This document shows positions 11,201-26,200 of a stretch of 64,000 bases of DNA, piece after piece. The stretch's first letter is position 1; every line of letters begins with the position of its first letter. The notes under the pieces are model-generated. The model ran no database searches. It was not told where the DNA came from and saw nothing but the letters and a program-made list of their open reading frames with translations. The DNA is taken from NCBI GenBank assembly GCA_032718475.1, contig JAUCBJ010009066.1, forward strand, positions 17,389 to 81,388, read 5' to 3'. The stretch comes from Nemertoderma westbladi (lineage: Eukaryota > Animalia > Xenacoelomorpha). The position numbers were made by a program, and so were the translations under genes.

Positions 11201-14200
11201 CAGTAAGTAGAGCCAAATCAGTAAGATAGAGCCAAATCAGTTTGTAGAGCCAAATCAGTAAGATAGAGCCAAATCAGTAAGATAGAGCCAAATCAGTAAT
11301 ATAGAGCCAAATCAGTAAGATAGAGCCAAATCAGTAAGGTAGAGCCAAATCAGTAAGATAGAGCCAAATCAGTAAGATAGAGCCAAATCAGTAAGATAGA
11401 GCCAAATCAGTAAGATAGAGCCAAATCAGTAAGATAGAGCCAAATCAGTAAGATAGAGCCAAATCAGTTTGTAGAGCCAAATCAGTTGTAGAACCAAATC
11501 AGTTTGTAGAGCCAAATCAGTAAGTAGAGCTAAATCAGTTGTAGAACCAAATCAGTTTGTAGAGCCAAATCAGTAAGTAGAGCTAAATCAGTAATATAGA
11601 GCCAAATCAGTTTGTAGAGCTAAATCAGTAATATAGAGCCAAATCAGTAAGTAGAGCTAAATCAGTTGTAGAGCCAAATCAGTAAGTAGAGCTAAATCAG
11701 TTTGTAGAGCCAAATCAGTAAGTAGAGCCAAATCCGTATGTAGAGCCAAATCAGTAAGTAGAGCTAAATCAGTTGTAGAGCCAAATCAGTAAGTAGAGCC
11801 AAATCAGTAAGATAGAGCCAAATCAGTTTGTAGAGCCAAATCAGTAAGTAGAACCAAATCAGTTTGTAGAGCCAAATCAGTTTGTAGAGCCAAATCAGTG
11901 TAGAGCCAAATCAATAGGTAAAGCCAAATCAGTAAGGTAGAGCCAAATCAGTAAGATAGAGCCAAATCTGTACCTAGAGCCAAATCAGTATGTAGAGCCA
12001 AATCAGTTTGTAGAGCCAAATCTGTACCTAGAGCCAAATCAGTATGTAGAGCCAAATCAGTATGTAGAGCTAAATCAGTAATATAGAGCCAAATCAGTTT
12101 GTAGAGCTAAATCAGTAATATAGAGCCAAATCAGTTTGTAGAGCCAAATCAGTAAGTAGAGCTAAATCAGTTGTAGAGCCAAATCAGTAAGTAGAGCCAA
12201 ATCAGTAAGATAGAGCCAAATCAGTTTGTAGAGCCAAATCAGTAAGTAGAGCCAAATCAGTAACGTAGAGCTAAATCAGTACGTAGAGCCAAATCAGTTT
12301 GTAGAGCCAAATCAGTGTAGAGCCAAATCAATAGGTAAAGCCAAATCAGTAAGGTAGAGCCAAATCAGTAAGATAGAGCCAAATCTGTACCTATAGCCAA
12401 ATCAGTATGTAGAGCCAAATCAGTTTGTAGAGCCAAATCTGTACCTAGAGCCAAATCAGTATGTAGAGCCAAATCAGTATGTAGAGCCAAATCAGTAAGT
12501 AGAGCCAAATCAGTAACGTAGAGCCAAATCAGTATGTAGAGTCAAATCAGTATGTAGAGCCAAATCAGTACGTAGAGCCAAATCAGTTTGTAGAGCCAAA
12601 TCAATAGGTAAAGCCAAATCAGTAAGGTAGAGCCAAATCAGTAAGATAGAGCCAAATCAGTAAGATAGAGCCAAATCAGTAAGATAGAGCCAAATCAGTA
12701 AGATAGAGCCAAATCAGTAAGATAGAGCCAAATCAGTAAGATAGAGCCAAATCAGTAAGATAGAGCCAAATCAGTAAGATAGAGCCAAATCAGTAAGATA
12801 GAGCCAAATCAGTTTGTAGAGCCAAATCAGTAAGATAGAGCCAAATCAGTAACGTAGAGCTAAATCAGTATGTGGAGCCAAATGAGTATGTAGAGCCAAA
12901 TCAGTACGTAGAGCCAAATCAGTTTGTAGAGCCAAATCAGTAATGTAGGGCAAATAATGAAACAACTCACCATGGCGTCGTCATATTTAAACCATTGCCC
13001 CTTCCCGTAGACCGTTGCTATGCCAACATAGTGCCCGGAATGGGGACTGGATCCGTGATGAAGAATAGCGCCAACTAGCGTATAATTGTGGCGCTGCAAA
13101 TTAAATAAACATTATAGACAGAGGAAGTCAATAAATGTAATCATAGTGAAAGCGAAACACATTAACCACAACCCATGTATCAATAAAGTCAACTAATATA
13201 TAACGACTAGTGTTAACTCTAACCCTCTGTTAACTAGTGTTAACTAAAACTTACAACTGTAACCATTTACTTTATCACTCATTTATTATTACTTTTGACG
13301 GTGTTTATTATTTATTACTTTATTATTAAGTTGAATGATTATCCATTGAACGAACTGCATAGTAAAATAATTTCAAAATCATTTCTAAATCTAAAATTAC
13401 AAGATTCTAATTTACCCGATTAGGTAAATTAGTTTTGTACTGATATAGTTATGTAACGGCCTGTTTACACGTGGGAACTTCTAGAGCAACTTTCTCGGCA
13501 ACTTGTAGAGCAACCCAGGTTGCCGATCAAGTTGCTCCGTGTAAACACGCAAAAAAGTTGCCGTAAAAGTTGCTCAACTTTTACGGCAACTTGAAGGAAT
13601 TTGCGTTGGCGAATTAGAGAGGGATAATTAGATTAAATTATCAAAAACTAGATAGTAGGCAAAATGACCCACTATTTTACAGTTAAACTAGCCAAGTTGC
13701 TCTAAAAGTTGCCGGCCAAAAGTTGCTGGTAAAGTTGCCACGTGTAAACAGCTATTAAATTAAGCTGCTCCAAAAAAAGTTGCTAGTTGCTGAGAAAGTT
13801 GCTCTAAAAGTGGCCACGTGCATGTAAACAGGCCTTAATGGACATACCTAAAGGAAGGCGGTAAGCAAACAAGGCCTAACAGTTTGTTCTAGAACATATT
13901 TTCCAAAAGACTATTGAAAAACTTAACAATTTACTCACGTCTTGGTAGTGGGTATTAACTGTTGTAAATGGACCGATGTTCTTAGATACAGATGTTCTTG
14001 GATAATATGTTATATTCCATTGCCAGAGCTACCACATCACCTTGTTTGCTATGAGCTTAGAGTGTGCGTTTAGTGTCTTTTTACATTTCAACAACTTGGT
14101 TCTTCTTTCTTCTCTGTCTTCTGTTCCAGTAGCCAATTTATCGACCCCAGTCTGGTGAACCACTGGGGGACGCGGTCCTTGTTGACACGGGCGACGACCG

Positions 14201-17200
14201 AGCCGGTATTTCTCCAGGAGGGTTCTCATACTCATATCTTTCAGTTGCGGGAGTAAACCGCTTGTGGTCGCAACTCCTACAAGCGTCTTCGCAGTAGGTC
14301 GCCGTTGGTTGATTACCTTCCGCCGACCTTGTCAGCATGTCTATAGCCATTGGTTGCTTACCTTCCGTCTATCCATGGCCTACAGCCCTGCTGCCGACTG
14401 TAGGGGTCCCTTTGTTACACCCTGAACCAAGTGTGTCTCCTGGGTTAGGTTACCTAACACTAGAGGAAAATTCAGTATAGACAGAGTGGCGTGGGTGCAT
14501 TTCTATTGCAGATTCATTCATGTGACTCAAGCCTTTGCTTTCAATGGTGCCCTAGGCACTGTAGCCCTATCAATGAATTATTTAGTTGACGGGACTTACA
14601 AACGCACTCTTGAATAAGTCTTGATCAACTAAATGATGAATCGGCTATACTGGCGCGGATCGGGGTGCCCTACTGGGCTGACAGCTACTTACAGGTAGTA
14701 CCACATTACTGCCATAGTGGGAGCAGAATCTGGGTACTCTGAACTGACTTGTCTCGTTGTCTCCTCTGGTCGTCAACTTGGAATTAACTGTTGTAAATGA
14801 TAGTAGCAATGTGTTGGCAAGCTGTGTTTTTCGAGGTGTTTTTGTTTATTATACATTTATTATGGGAACGGCTCTAGGGGTCTCTCGAAAGAAAAATATA
14901 TTTTACCAATTGTGAAAATAAAAGATAAGTTATTTAAGGTAAAACAAACTTATCATTCGTGGTTAAGACCCCTCTAACCTTTCCCATAATAACTGTTGTA
15001 AATGGACTGCTTTACTCACCAGGGTATTAACTGTTGTAAATGGACCGATATCTTTACTCACCTGGGTATTAACTGTTGTAAATGGACCGATATCTTTACT
15101 CACCTGGGTATTATATAACTGTTGTAAATGGACCGATATCTTTACTCACCCGGGTATTAACTGTTGTAAATGGACCGATATCTTTACTCACCTGGGTATT
15201 AACTGTTGTAAATGGACCGATATCTTTACTCACCTGGGTATTAACTGTTGTAAATGGACCGATATCTTTACTCACCTGGGTATTATATAACTGTTGTAAA
15301 TGGACCGATATCTTTACTCACCCGGGTATTAACTGTTGTAAATGGACCGATATCTTTACTCACCTGGGTATTATATAACTGTTGTAAATGGACCGATATC
15401 TTTACTCACCCGGGTATTAACTGTTGTAAATGGACCGATATCTTTACTCACCCGGGTATTAACTGTTGTAAATGGACCAATATCTTTACTCACCCGGGTA
15501 TTAACTGTTGTAAATGGACCGATATCTTTATTCACCTGGGTATTATATAACTGTTGTAAATGGACCGATATCTTTACTCACCCGGGTATTAACTGTTGTA
15601 AATGGACCGATATCTTTACTCACCCGGGTATTAACTGTTGTAAATGGACCGATATCTTTACTCACCCGGGTATTAACTGTTGTAAATGGACCAATATCTT
15701 TACTCACCCGGGTATTAACTGTTGTAAATGGACCGATATCTTTATTCACCTGGGTATTATATAACTGTTGTAAATGGACCGATATCTTTACTCACCCGGG
15801 TATTAACTGTTGTAAATGGACCGATATCTCTACTCACCTGGGTCTTAACTGTTGTAAATGGACCGATATCTTTACTCACCTGGGTATTAACTGTTGTAAA
15901 TGGACCGATATCTTTACTCACCTGGGTATTATATTAACTGTTGTAAATGGACCGATATCTTTATTCACCTGGGTATTATATAACTGTTGTAAATGGACCG
16001 ATATCTTTACTCACCTGGGTATTATATAACTGTTGTAAATGGACCGATATCTTTACTCACCCGGGTATTAACTGTTGTAAATGGACCGATATCTTTACTC
16101 ACCTGGGTCTTAACTGTTGTAAATGGACCGATATCTTTACTCACCTGGGTATTAACTGTTGTAAATGGACTGATATCTTTACTCACCTGGGTATTATATA
16201 ACTGTTGTAAATGGACCGATATCTTTACTCACCCGGGTATTAACTGTTGTAAATGGACCGATATCTTTACTCACCCGGGTATTAACTGTTGTAAATGGAC
16301 CAATATCTTTACTCACCCGGGTATTAACTGTTGTAAATGGACCGATATCTTTATTCACCTGGGTATTATATAACTGTTGTAAATGGACCGATATCTTTAC
16401 TCACCCGGGTATTAACTGTTGTAAATGGACCGATATCTTTACTCACCTGGGTCTTAACTGTTGTAAATGGACCGATATCTTTACTCACCTGGGTATTAAC
16501 TGTTGTAAATGGACCGATATCTTTACTCACCTGGGTATTATATTAACTGTTGTAAATGGACCGATATCTTTACTCACCTGGGTCTTAACTGTTGTAAATG
16601 GACCGATATCTTTACTCACCTGGGTATTAACTGTTGTAAATGGACCGATATCTTTACTCACCTGGGTATTATATTAACTGTTGTAAATGGACCGATATCT
16701 TTATTCACCTGGGTATTATATAACTGTTGTAAATGGACCGATATCTTTACTCACCTGGGTATTATATAACTGTTGTAAATGGACCGATATCTTTACTCAC
16801 CCGGGTATTAACTGTTGTAAATGGACCGATATCTTTACTCACCTGGGTCTTAACTGTTGTAAATGGACCGATATCTTTACTCACCTGGGTATTAACTGTT
16901 GTAAATGGACTGATATCTTTACTCACCTGGGTATTATATAACTGTTGTAAATGGACCGATATCTTTACTCACCCGGGTATTAACTGTTGTAAATGGACCG
17001 ATATCTTTACTCACCCGGGTATTAACTGTTGTAAATGGACCAATATCTTTACTCACCCGGGTATTAACTGTTGTAAATGGACCGATATCTTTATTCACCT
17101 GGGTATTATATAACTGTTGTAAATGGACCGATATCTTTACTCACCCGGGTATTAACTGTTGTAAATGGACCGATATCTTTACTCACCTGGGTCTTAACTG

Positions 17201-20200
17201 TTGTAAATGGACCGATATCTTTACTCACCTGGGTATTAACTGTTGTAAATGGACCGATATCTTTACTCACCTGGGTATTATATTAACTGTTGTAAATGGA
17301 CCGATATCTTTATTCACCTGGGTATTATATAACTGTTGTAAATGGACCGATATCTTTACTCACCTGGGTATTATATAACTGTTGTAAATGGACCGATATC
17401 TTTACTCACCCGGGTATTAACTGTTGTAAATGGACCGATATCTTTACTCACCTGGGTCTTAACTGTTGTAAATGGACCGATATCTTTACTCACCTGGGTA
17501 TTAACTGTTGTAAATGGACTGATATCTTTACTCACCTGGGTATTATATAACTGTTGTAAATGGACCGATATCTTTACTCACCTGGGTATTAATTGTTGTA
17601 AATGGACCGATATCTTTACTCACCCGGGTATTAACTGTTGTAAATGGACCGATATCTTTACTCACCCGGGTATTAACTGTTGTAAATGGACCGATATCTT
17701 TATTCACCTGGGTATTATATAACTGTTGTAAATGGACCGATATCTTTACTCACCCGGGTATTAACTGTTGTAAATGGACCGATATCTTTACTCACCTGGG
17801 TCTTAACTGTTGTAAATGGACCGATATCTTTACTCACCTGGGTATTAACTGTTGTAAATGGACCGATATCTTTACTCACCTGGGTATTATATTAACTGTT
17901 GTAAATGGACCGATATCTTTATTCACCTGGGTATTATATAACTGTTGTAAATGGACCGATATCTTTACTCACCCGGGTATTAACTGTTGTAAATGGACCG
18001 ATATCTTTACTCACCTGGGTATTAACTGTTGTAAATGGACCGACATCTTTACTCACCTGGGTATTAACTGTTGTAAATGGACCGATATCTTTACTCACCC
18101 GGGTATTAACTGTTGTAAATGGACCGATATCTTTACTCACCTGGGTATTAACTGTTGTAAATGGACCGATATCTTTACTCACCCGGGTATTAACTGTTGT
18201 AAATGGACCGATATCTTTACTCACCTGGGTATTAACTGTTGTAAATGGACCGATATCTTTACTCACCTGGGTATTAACTGTTGTAAATGGACCGATATCT
18301 TTATTCACCTGGGTATTATATAACTGTTGTAAATGGACCGATATCTTTACTCACCTGGGTATTAACTGTTGTAAATGGACCGATATCTTTACTCACCTGG
18401 GTATTAACTGTTGTAAATGGACCGATATCTTTACTCACCTGGGTATTAACTGTTGAAATGGACCGATATCTTTATTCGCCTGGGTATTATATAACTGTTG
18501 TAAATGGACCGATATCTTTACTCACCTGGGTATTAACTGTTGTAAATGGACCGATATCTTTACTCACCTGGGTATTAACTGTTGTAAATGGACCGATATC
18601 TTTATTCACCTGGGTATTATATAACTGTTGTAAATGGACCGATATCTTTACTCACCTGGGTATTAACTGTTGTAAATGGACCGATATCTTTACTCACCTG
18701 GGTATTAACTGTTGTAAATGGACCGATATCTTTACTCACCTGGGTATTAACTGTTGAAATGGACCGATATCTTTATTCACCTGGGTATTATATAACTGTT
18801 GTAAATGGACCGATATCTTTACTCACCTGGGTATTAACTGTTGTAAATGGACCGATATCTTTACTCACCTGGGTATTAACTGTTGTAAATGGACCGATAT
18901 CTTTATTCACCTGGGTATTATATAACTGTTGTAAATGGACCGATATCTTTACTCACCTGGGTATTAACTGTTGTAAATGGACCGATATCTTTACTCACCT
19001 GGGTATTAACTGTTGTAAATGGACCGATATCTTTACTCACCTGGGTATTAACAGTTGTAAATGGACCGATATCTTTACTCACCTGGGTATTAACTGTTGT
19101 AAATGGACCGATATCTTTACTCACCTGGGTATTAACAGTTGTAAATGGACCGATATCTTTACTCACCTGGGTATTAACTGTTGTAAATGGACCGATATCT
19201 TTACTCACCTGGGTATTAACTGTTGTAAATGGACCGATATCTTTATTCACCTGGGTATTATATAACTGTTGTAAATGGACCGATATCTTTACTCACCTGG
19301 GTATTAACTGTTGTAAATGGACCGATATCTTTACTCACCTGGGTATTAACTGTTTTAAATGGACCGATATCTTTACTCACCAGGGTATTAACTGTTGTAA
19401 ATGGACCGATATCTTTACTCACCAGGGTATTAACTGTTGTAAATGGACCGATATCTTTACTCACCTGGGTATTAACTGTTGTAAATGGACCGATATATTT
19501 ACTCACCAGGGTATTAACTGTTGTAAATGGACCGATATCTTTATTCACCTGGGTATTATATAACTCTTTAACTGTTGTAAATGGACCGATATCTTTACTC
19601 ACCTGGGTATTAACTGTTGTAAATGGACCGATATCTTTACTCACCTGGGTATTAACTGTTGTAAATGGACCGATATCTTTACTCACCTGGGTATTAACTG
19701 TTGTAAATTGACCGATATCTTTACTCACCCGGGTATTAACTGTTGTAAATGGACCGATATCTTTACTCACCTGGGTATTAACTGTTGTAAATGGACCGAT
19801 ATCTTTATTCACCTGGGTATTATATAACTGTTGTAAATGGACCGATATCTTTACTCACCTGGGTATTAACTGTTGTAAATGGACCGATATCTTTACTCAC
19901 CTGGGTATTAACTGTTGCAAATGGACCGATATCTTTACTCACCTGGGTATAACTGTTGTAAATGGACCGATATCTTTACTCACCTGGGTATTAACTGTTG
20001 CAAATGGACCGATATATTTACTCACCTGGGTATTAACTGTTGTAAATGGACCGATATCTTTACTCACCCGGGTATTAACTGTTGTAAATGGACCGATATC
20101 TTTACTCACCTGGGTATTAACTGTTGTAAATTGACCGATATCTTTACTCACCCGGGTATTAACTGTTGTAAATGGACCGATATCTTTACTCACCTGGGTA

Positions 20201-23200
20201 TTAACTGTTGTAAATGGACCGATATCTTTATTCACCTGGGTATTAACTGTTGTAAATGGACCGATATCTTTACTCACCTGGGTATTAACTGTTGTAAATG
20301 GACCGATATCTTTACTCACCCGGGTATTAACTGTTGTAAATGGACCGATATCTTTACTCACCTGGGTATTAACTGTTGTAAATGGACCGATATCTTTATT
20401 CACCTGGGTATTATATAACTGTTGTAAATGGACCGATATCTTTACTCACCTGGGTATTAACTGTTGTAAATGGACCGATATCTTTACTCACCTGGGTATT
20501 AACTGTTGCAAATGGACCGATATCTTTACTCACCTGGGTATAACTGTTGTAAATGGACCGATATCTTTACTCACCTGGGTATTAACTGTTGTAAATGGAC
20601 CGATATATTTACTCACCTGGGTATTAACTGTTGTAAATGGACCGATATCTTTACTCACCCGGGTATTAACTGTTGTAAATGGACCGATATCTTTACTCAC
20701 CTGGGTATTAACTGTTGTAAATTGACCGATATCTTTACTCACCCGGGTATTAACTGTTGTAAATGGACCGATATCTTTACTCACCTGGGTATTAACTGTT
20801 GTAAATGGACCGATATCTTTATTCACCTGGGTATTAACTGTTGTAAATGGACCGATATCTTTACTCACCTGGGTATTAACTGTTGTAAATGGACCGATAT
20901 CTTTACTCACCCGGGTATTAACTGTTGTAAATGGACCGATATCTTTACTCACCAGGGTATTAACTGTTGAAAATGGACCGATATCTTTACTCACCCGGCT
21001 ATTAACTGTTGTAAATGGACCGATATCTTTACTCACCTGGGTATTAACTGTTGTAAATGGACCGATATCTTTACTCACCTGGGTATTAACTGTTGTAAAT
21101 GGACCGATATCTTTACTCACCTGGGTATTAACTGTTGTAAATGGACCGATATCTTTACTCACCTGGGTATTAACTGTTGTAAATGGACCGATATCTTTAT
21201 TCACCTGGGTATTAACTGTTGTAAATGGACCGATATCTTTACTCACCTGGGTATTAACTGTTGTAAATTGACCGATATCTTTACTCACCCGGGTATTAAC
21301 TGTTGTAAATGGACCGATATCTTTACTCACCTGGGTATTAACTGTTGTAAATGGACCGATATCTTTACTCACCTGGGTATTAACTGTTGTAAATGGACCG
21401 ATATCTTTACTCACCTGGGTATTAACTGTTGAAAATGGACCGATATCTTTATTCACCTGGGTATTAACTGTTGTAAATGGACCGATATATTTACTCACCA
21501 GGGTATTAACTGTTGTAAATGGACCGATATTTTTATTCACCTGGGTATTATATAACTGTTGTAAATGGACCGATATCTTTACTCACCTGGGTATTAACTG
21601 TTGTAAATGGACCGATATCTTTACTCACCTGGGTATTAACTGTTGTAAATGGACCGATATCTTTATTCACCTGGGTATTATATAACTGTTGTAAATGGAC
21701 CGATATCTTTATTCACCTGGGTATTAACTGTTGTAAATGGACCGATATCTTTACTCACCTGGGTATTAACTGTTGTAAATTGACCGATATCTTTACTCAC
21801 CCGGGTATTAACTGTTGTAAATGGACCGATATATTTACTCACCAGGGTATTAACTGTTGTAAATGGACCGATATCTTTATTCACCTGGGTATTATATAAC
21901 TGTTGTAAATGGACCGATATCTTTACTCACCTGGGTATTAACTGTTGTAAATGGACCGATATATTTACTCACCAGGGTATTAACTGTTGTAAATGGACCG
22001 ATATCTTTATTCACCTGGGTATTATATAACTGTTGTAAATGGACCGATATCTTTACTCACCTGGGTATTAACTGTTGTAAATGGACCGATATCTTTACTC
22101 ACCTGGGTATTAACTGTTGTAAATGGACCGATATCTTTACTCACCTGGGTATTAACTGTTGTAAATTGACCGATATCTTTACTCACCCGGGTATTAACTG
22201 TTGTAAATGGACCGATATCTTTACTCACCTGGGTATTAACTGTTGTAAATGGACCGATATCTTTATTCACCTGGGTATTATATAACTGTTGTAAATGGAC
22301 CGATATCTTTACTCACCTGGGTATTAACTGTTGTAAATGGACCGATATCTTTACTCACCTGGGTATTAACTGTTGTAAATGGACCGATATCTTTACTCAC
22401 CTGGGTATTAACTGTTGTAAATGGACCGATATCTTTACTCACCTTGGTATTAACTGTTGTAAATGGACTGCTTTACTCACCTGGGTATTAACTGTTGTAA
22501 ATGGACCGATATCTTTACTCACCTGGGTCTTAACTGTTGTAAATGGACCGATATCTTTACTCACCTGGGTATTAACTGTTGTAAATGGACTGATATCTTT
22601 ACTCACCTGGGTATTATATAACTGTTGTAAATGGACCGATATCTTTACTCACCCGGGTATTAACTGTTGTAAATGGACCGATATCTTTACTCACCCGGGT
22701 ATTAACTGTTGTAAATGGACCAATATCTTTACTCACCCGGGTATTAACTGTTGTAAATGGACCGATATCTTTATTCACCTGGGTATTATATAACTGTTGT
22801 AAATGGACCGATATCTTTACTCACCCGGGTATTAACTGTTGTAAATGGACCGATATCTTTACTCACCTGGGTCTTAACTGTTGTAAATGGACCGATATCT
22901 TTACTCACCTGGGTATTAACTGTTGTAAATGGACCGATATCTTTACTCACCTGGGTATTATATTAACTGTTGTAAATGGACCGATATCTTTACTCACCTG
23001 GGTCTTAACTGTTGTAAATGGACCGATATCTTTACTCACCTGGGTATTAACTGTTGTAAATGGACCGATATCTTTACTCACCTGGGTATTATATTAACTG
23101 TTGTAAATGGACCGATATCTTTATTCACCTGGGTATTATATAACTGTTGTAAATGGACCGATATCTTTACTCACCTGGGTATTATATAACTGTTGTAAAT

Positions 23201-26200
23201 GGACCGATATCTTTACTCACCCGGGTATTAACTGTTGTAAATGGACCGATATCTTTACTCACCTGGGTCTTAACTGTTGTAAATGGACCGATATCTTTAC
23301 TCACCTGGGTATTAACTGTTGTAAATGGACTGATATCTTTACTCACCTGGGTATTATATAACTGTTGTAAATGGACCGATATCTTTACTCACCCGGGTAT
23401 TAACTGTTGTAAATGGACCGATATCTTTACTCACCCGGGTATTAACTGTTGTAAATGGACCAATATCTTTACTCACCCGGGTATTAACTGTTGTAAATGG
23501 ACCGATATCTTTATTCACCTGGGTATTATATAACTGTTGTAAATGGACCGATATCTTTACTCACCCGGGTATTAACTGTTGTAAATGGACCGATATCTTT
23601 ACTCACCTGGGTCTTAACTGTTGTAAATGGACCGATATCTTTACTCACCTGGGTATTAACTGTTGTAAATGGACCGATATCTTTACTCACCTGGGTATTA
23701 TATTAACTGTTGTAAATGGACCGATATCTTTATTCACCTGGGTATTATATAACTGTTGTAAATGGACCGATATCTTTACTCACCTGGGTATTATATAACT
23801 GTTGTAAATGGACCGATATCTTTACTCACCCGGGTATTAACTGTTGTAAATGGACCGATATCTTTACTCACCTGGGTCTTAACTGTTGTAAATGGACCGA
23901 TATCTTTACTCACCTGGGTATTAACTGTTGTAAATGGACTGATATCTTTACTCACCTGGGTATTATATAACTGTTGTAAATGGACCGATATCTTTACTCA
24001 CCTGGGTATTAATTGTTGTAAATGGACCGATATCTTTACTCACCCGGGTATTAACTGTTGTAAATGGACCGATATCTTTACTCACCCGGGTATTAACTGT
24101 TGTAAATGGACCGATATCTTTATTCACCTGGGTATTATATAACTGTTGTAAATGGACCGATATCTTTACTCACCCGGGTATTAACTGTTGTAAATGGACC
24201 GATATCTTTACTCAACTGGGTCTTAACTGTTGTAAATGGACCGATATCTTTACTCACCTGGGTATTAACTGTTGTAAATGGACCGATATCTTTACTCACC
24301 TGGGTATTATATTAACTGTTGTAAATGGACCGATATCTTTATTCACCTGGGTATTATATAACTGTTGTAAATGGACCGATATCTTTACTCACCCGGGTAT
24401 TAACTGTTGTAAATGGACCGATATCTTTACTCACCTGGGTATTAACTGTTGTAAATGGACCGACATCTTTACTCACCTGGGTATTAACTGTTGTAAATGG
24501 ACCGATATCTTTACTCACCCGGGTATTAACTGTTGTAAATGGACCGATATCTTTACTCACCTGGGTATTAACTGTTGTAAATGGACCGATATCTTTACTC
24601 ACCCGGGTATTAACTGTTGTAAATGGACCGATATCTTTACTCACCTGGGTATTAACTGTTGTAAATGGACCGATATCTTTACTCACCTGGGTATTAACTG
24701 TTGTAAATGGACCGATATCTTTATTCACCTGGGTATTATATAACTGTTGTAAATGGACCGATATCTTTACTCACCTGGGTATTAACTGTTGTAAATGGAC
24801 CGATATCTTTACTCACCTGGGTATTAACTGTTGTAAATGGACCGATATCTTTACTCACCTGGGTATTAACTGTTGAAATGGACCGATATCTTTATTCGCC
24901 TGGGTATTATATAACTGTTGTAAATGGACCGATATCTTTACTCACCTGGGTATTAACTGTTGTAAATGGACAGATATCTTTACTCACCTGGGTATTAACT
25001 GTTGTAAATGGACCGATATCTTTATTCACCTGGGTATTATATAACTGTTGTAAATGGACCGATATCTTTACTCACCTGGGTATTAACTGTTGTAAATGGA
25101 CCGATATCTTTACTCACCTGGGTATTAACTGTTGTAAATGGACCGATATCTTTACTCACCTGGGTATTAACTGTTGAAATGGACCGATATCTTTATTCAC
25201 CTGGGTATTATATAACTGTTGTAAATGGACCGATATCTTTACTCACCTGGGTATTAACTGTTGTAAATGGACCGATATCTTTACTCACCTGGGTATTAAC
25301 TGTTGTAAATGGACCGATATCTTTATTCACCTGGGTATTATATAACTGTTGTAAATGGACCGATATCTTTACTCACCTGGGTATTAACTGTTGTAAATTG
25401 ACCGATATCTTTACTCACCTGGGTATTAACTGTTGTAAATGGACCGATATCTTTACTCACCTGGGTATTAACAGTTGTAAATGGACCGATATCTTTACTC
25501 ACCTGGGTATTAACTGTTGTAAATGGACCGATATCTTTACTCACCTGGGTATTAACAGTTGTAAATGGACCGATATCTTTACTCACCTGGGTATTAACTG
25601 TTGTAAATGGACCGATATCTTTACTCACCTGGGTATTAACTGTTGTAAATGGACCGATATCTTTATTCACCTGGGTATTATATAACTGTTGTAAATGGAC
25701 CGATATCTTTACTCACCTGGGTATTAACTGTTGTAAATGGACCGATATCTTTACTCACCTGGGTATTAACTGTTTTAAATGGACCGATATCTTTACTCAC
25801 CAGGGTATTAACTGTTGTAAATGGACCGATATCTTTACTCACCAGGGTATTAACTGTTGTAAATGGACCGATATCTTTACTCACCTGGGTATTAACTGTT
25901 GTAAATGGACCGATATATTTACTCACCAGGGTATTAACTGTTGTAAATGGACCGATATCTTTATTCACCTGGGTATTATATAACTCTTTAACTGTTGTAA
26001 ATGGACCGATATCTTTACTCACCTGGGTATTAACTGTTGTAAATGGACCGATATCTTTACTCACCTGGGTATTAACTGTTGTAAATGGACCGATATCTTT
26101 ACTCACCTGGGTATTAACTGTTGTAAATTGACCGATATCTTTACTCACCCGGGTATTAACTGTTGTAAATGGACCGATATCTTTACTCACCTGGGTATTA

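Noticed and set aside
13939-13980. 42-nt symmetric micro-exon NIGPFTTVNTHYQD
   Set aside because: Its only acceptor is a weak CTAAG that belongs to the RTE remnant (a CAA>TAA codon), and inclusion would duplicate exon-4 residues. Kept only as a relic junction.
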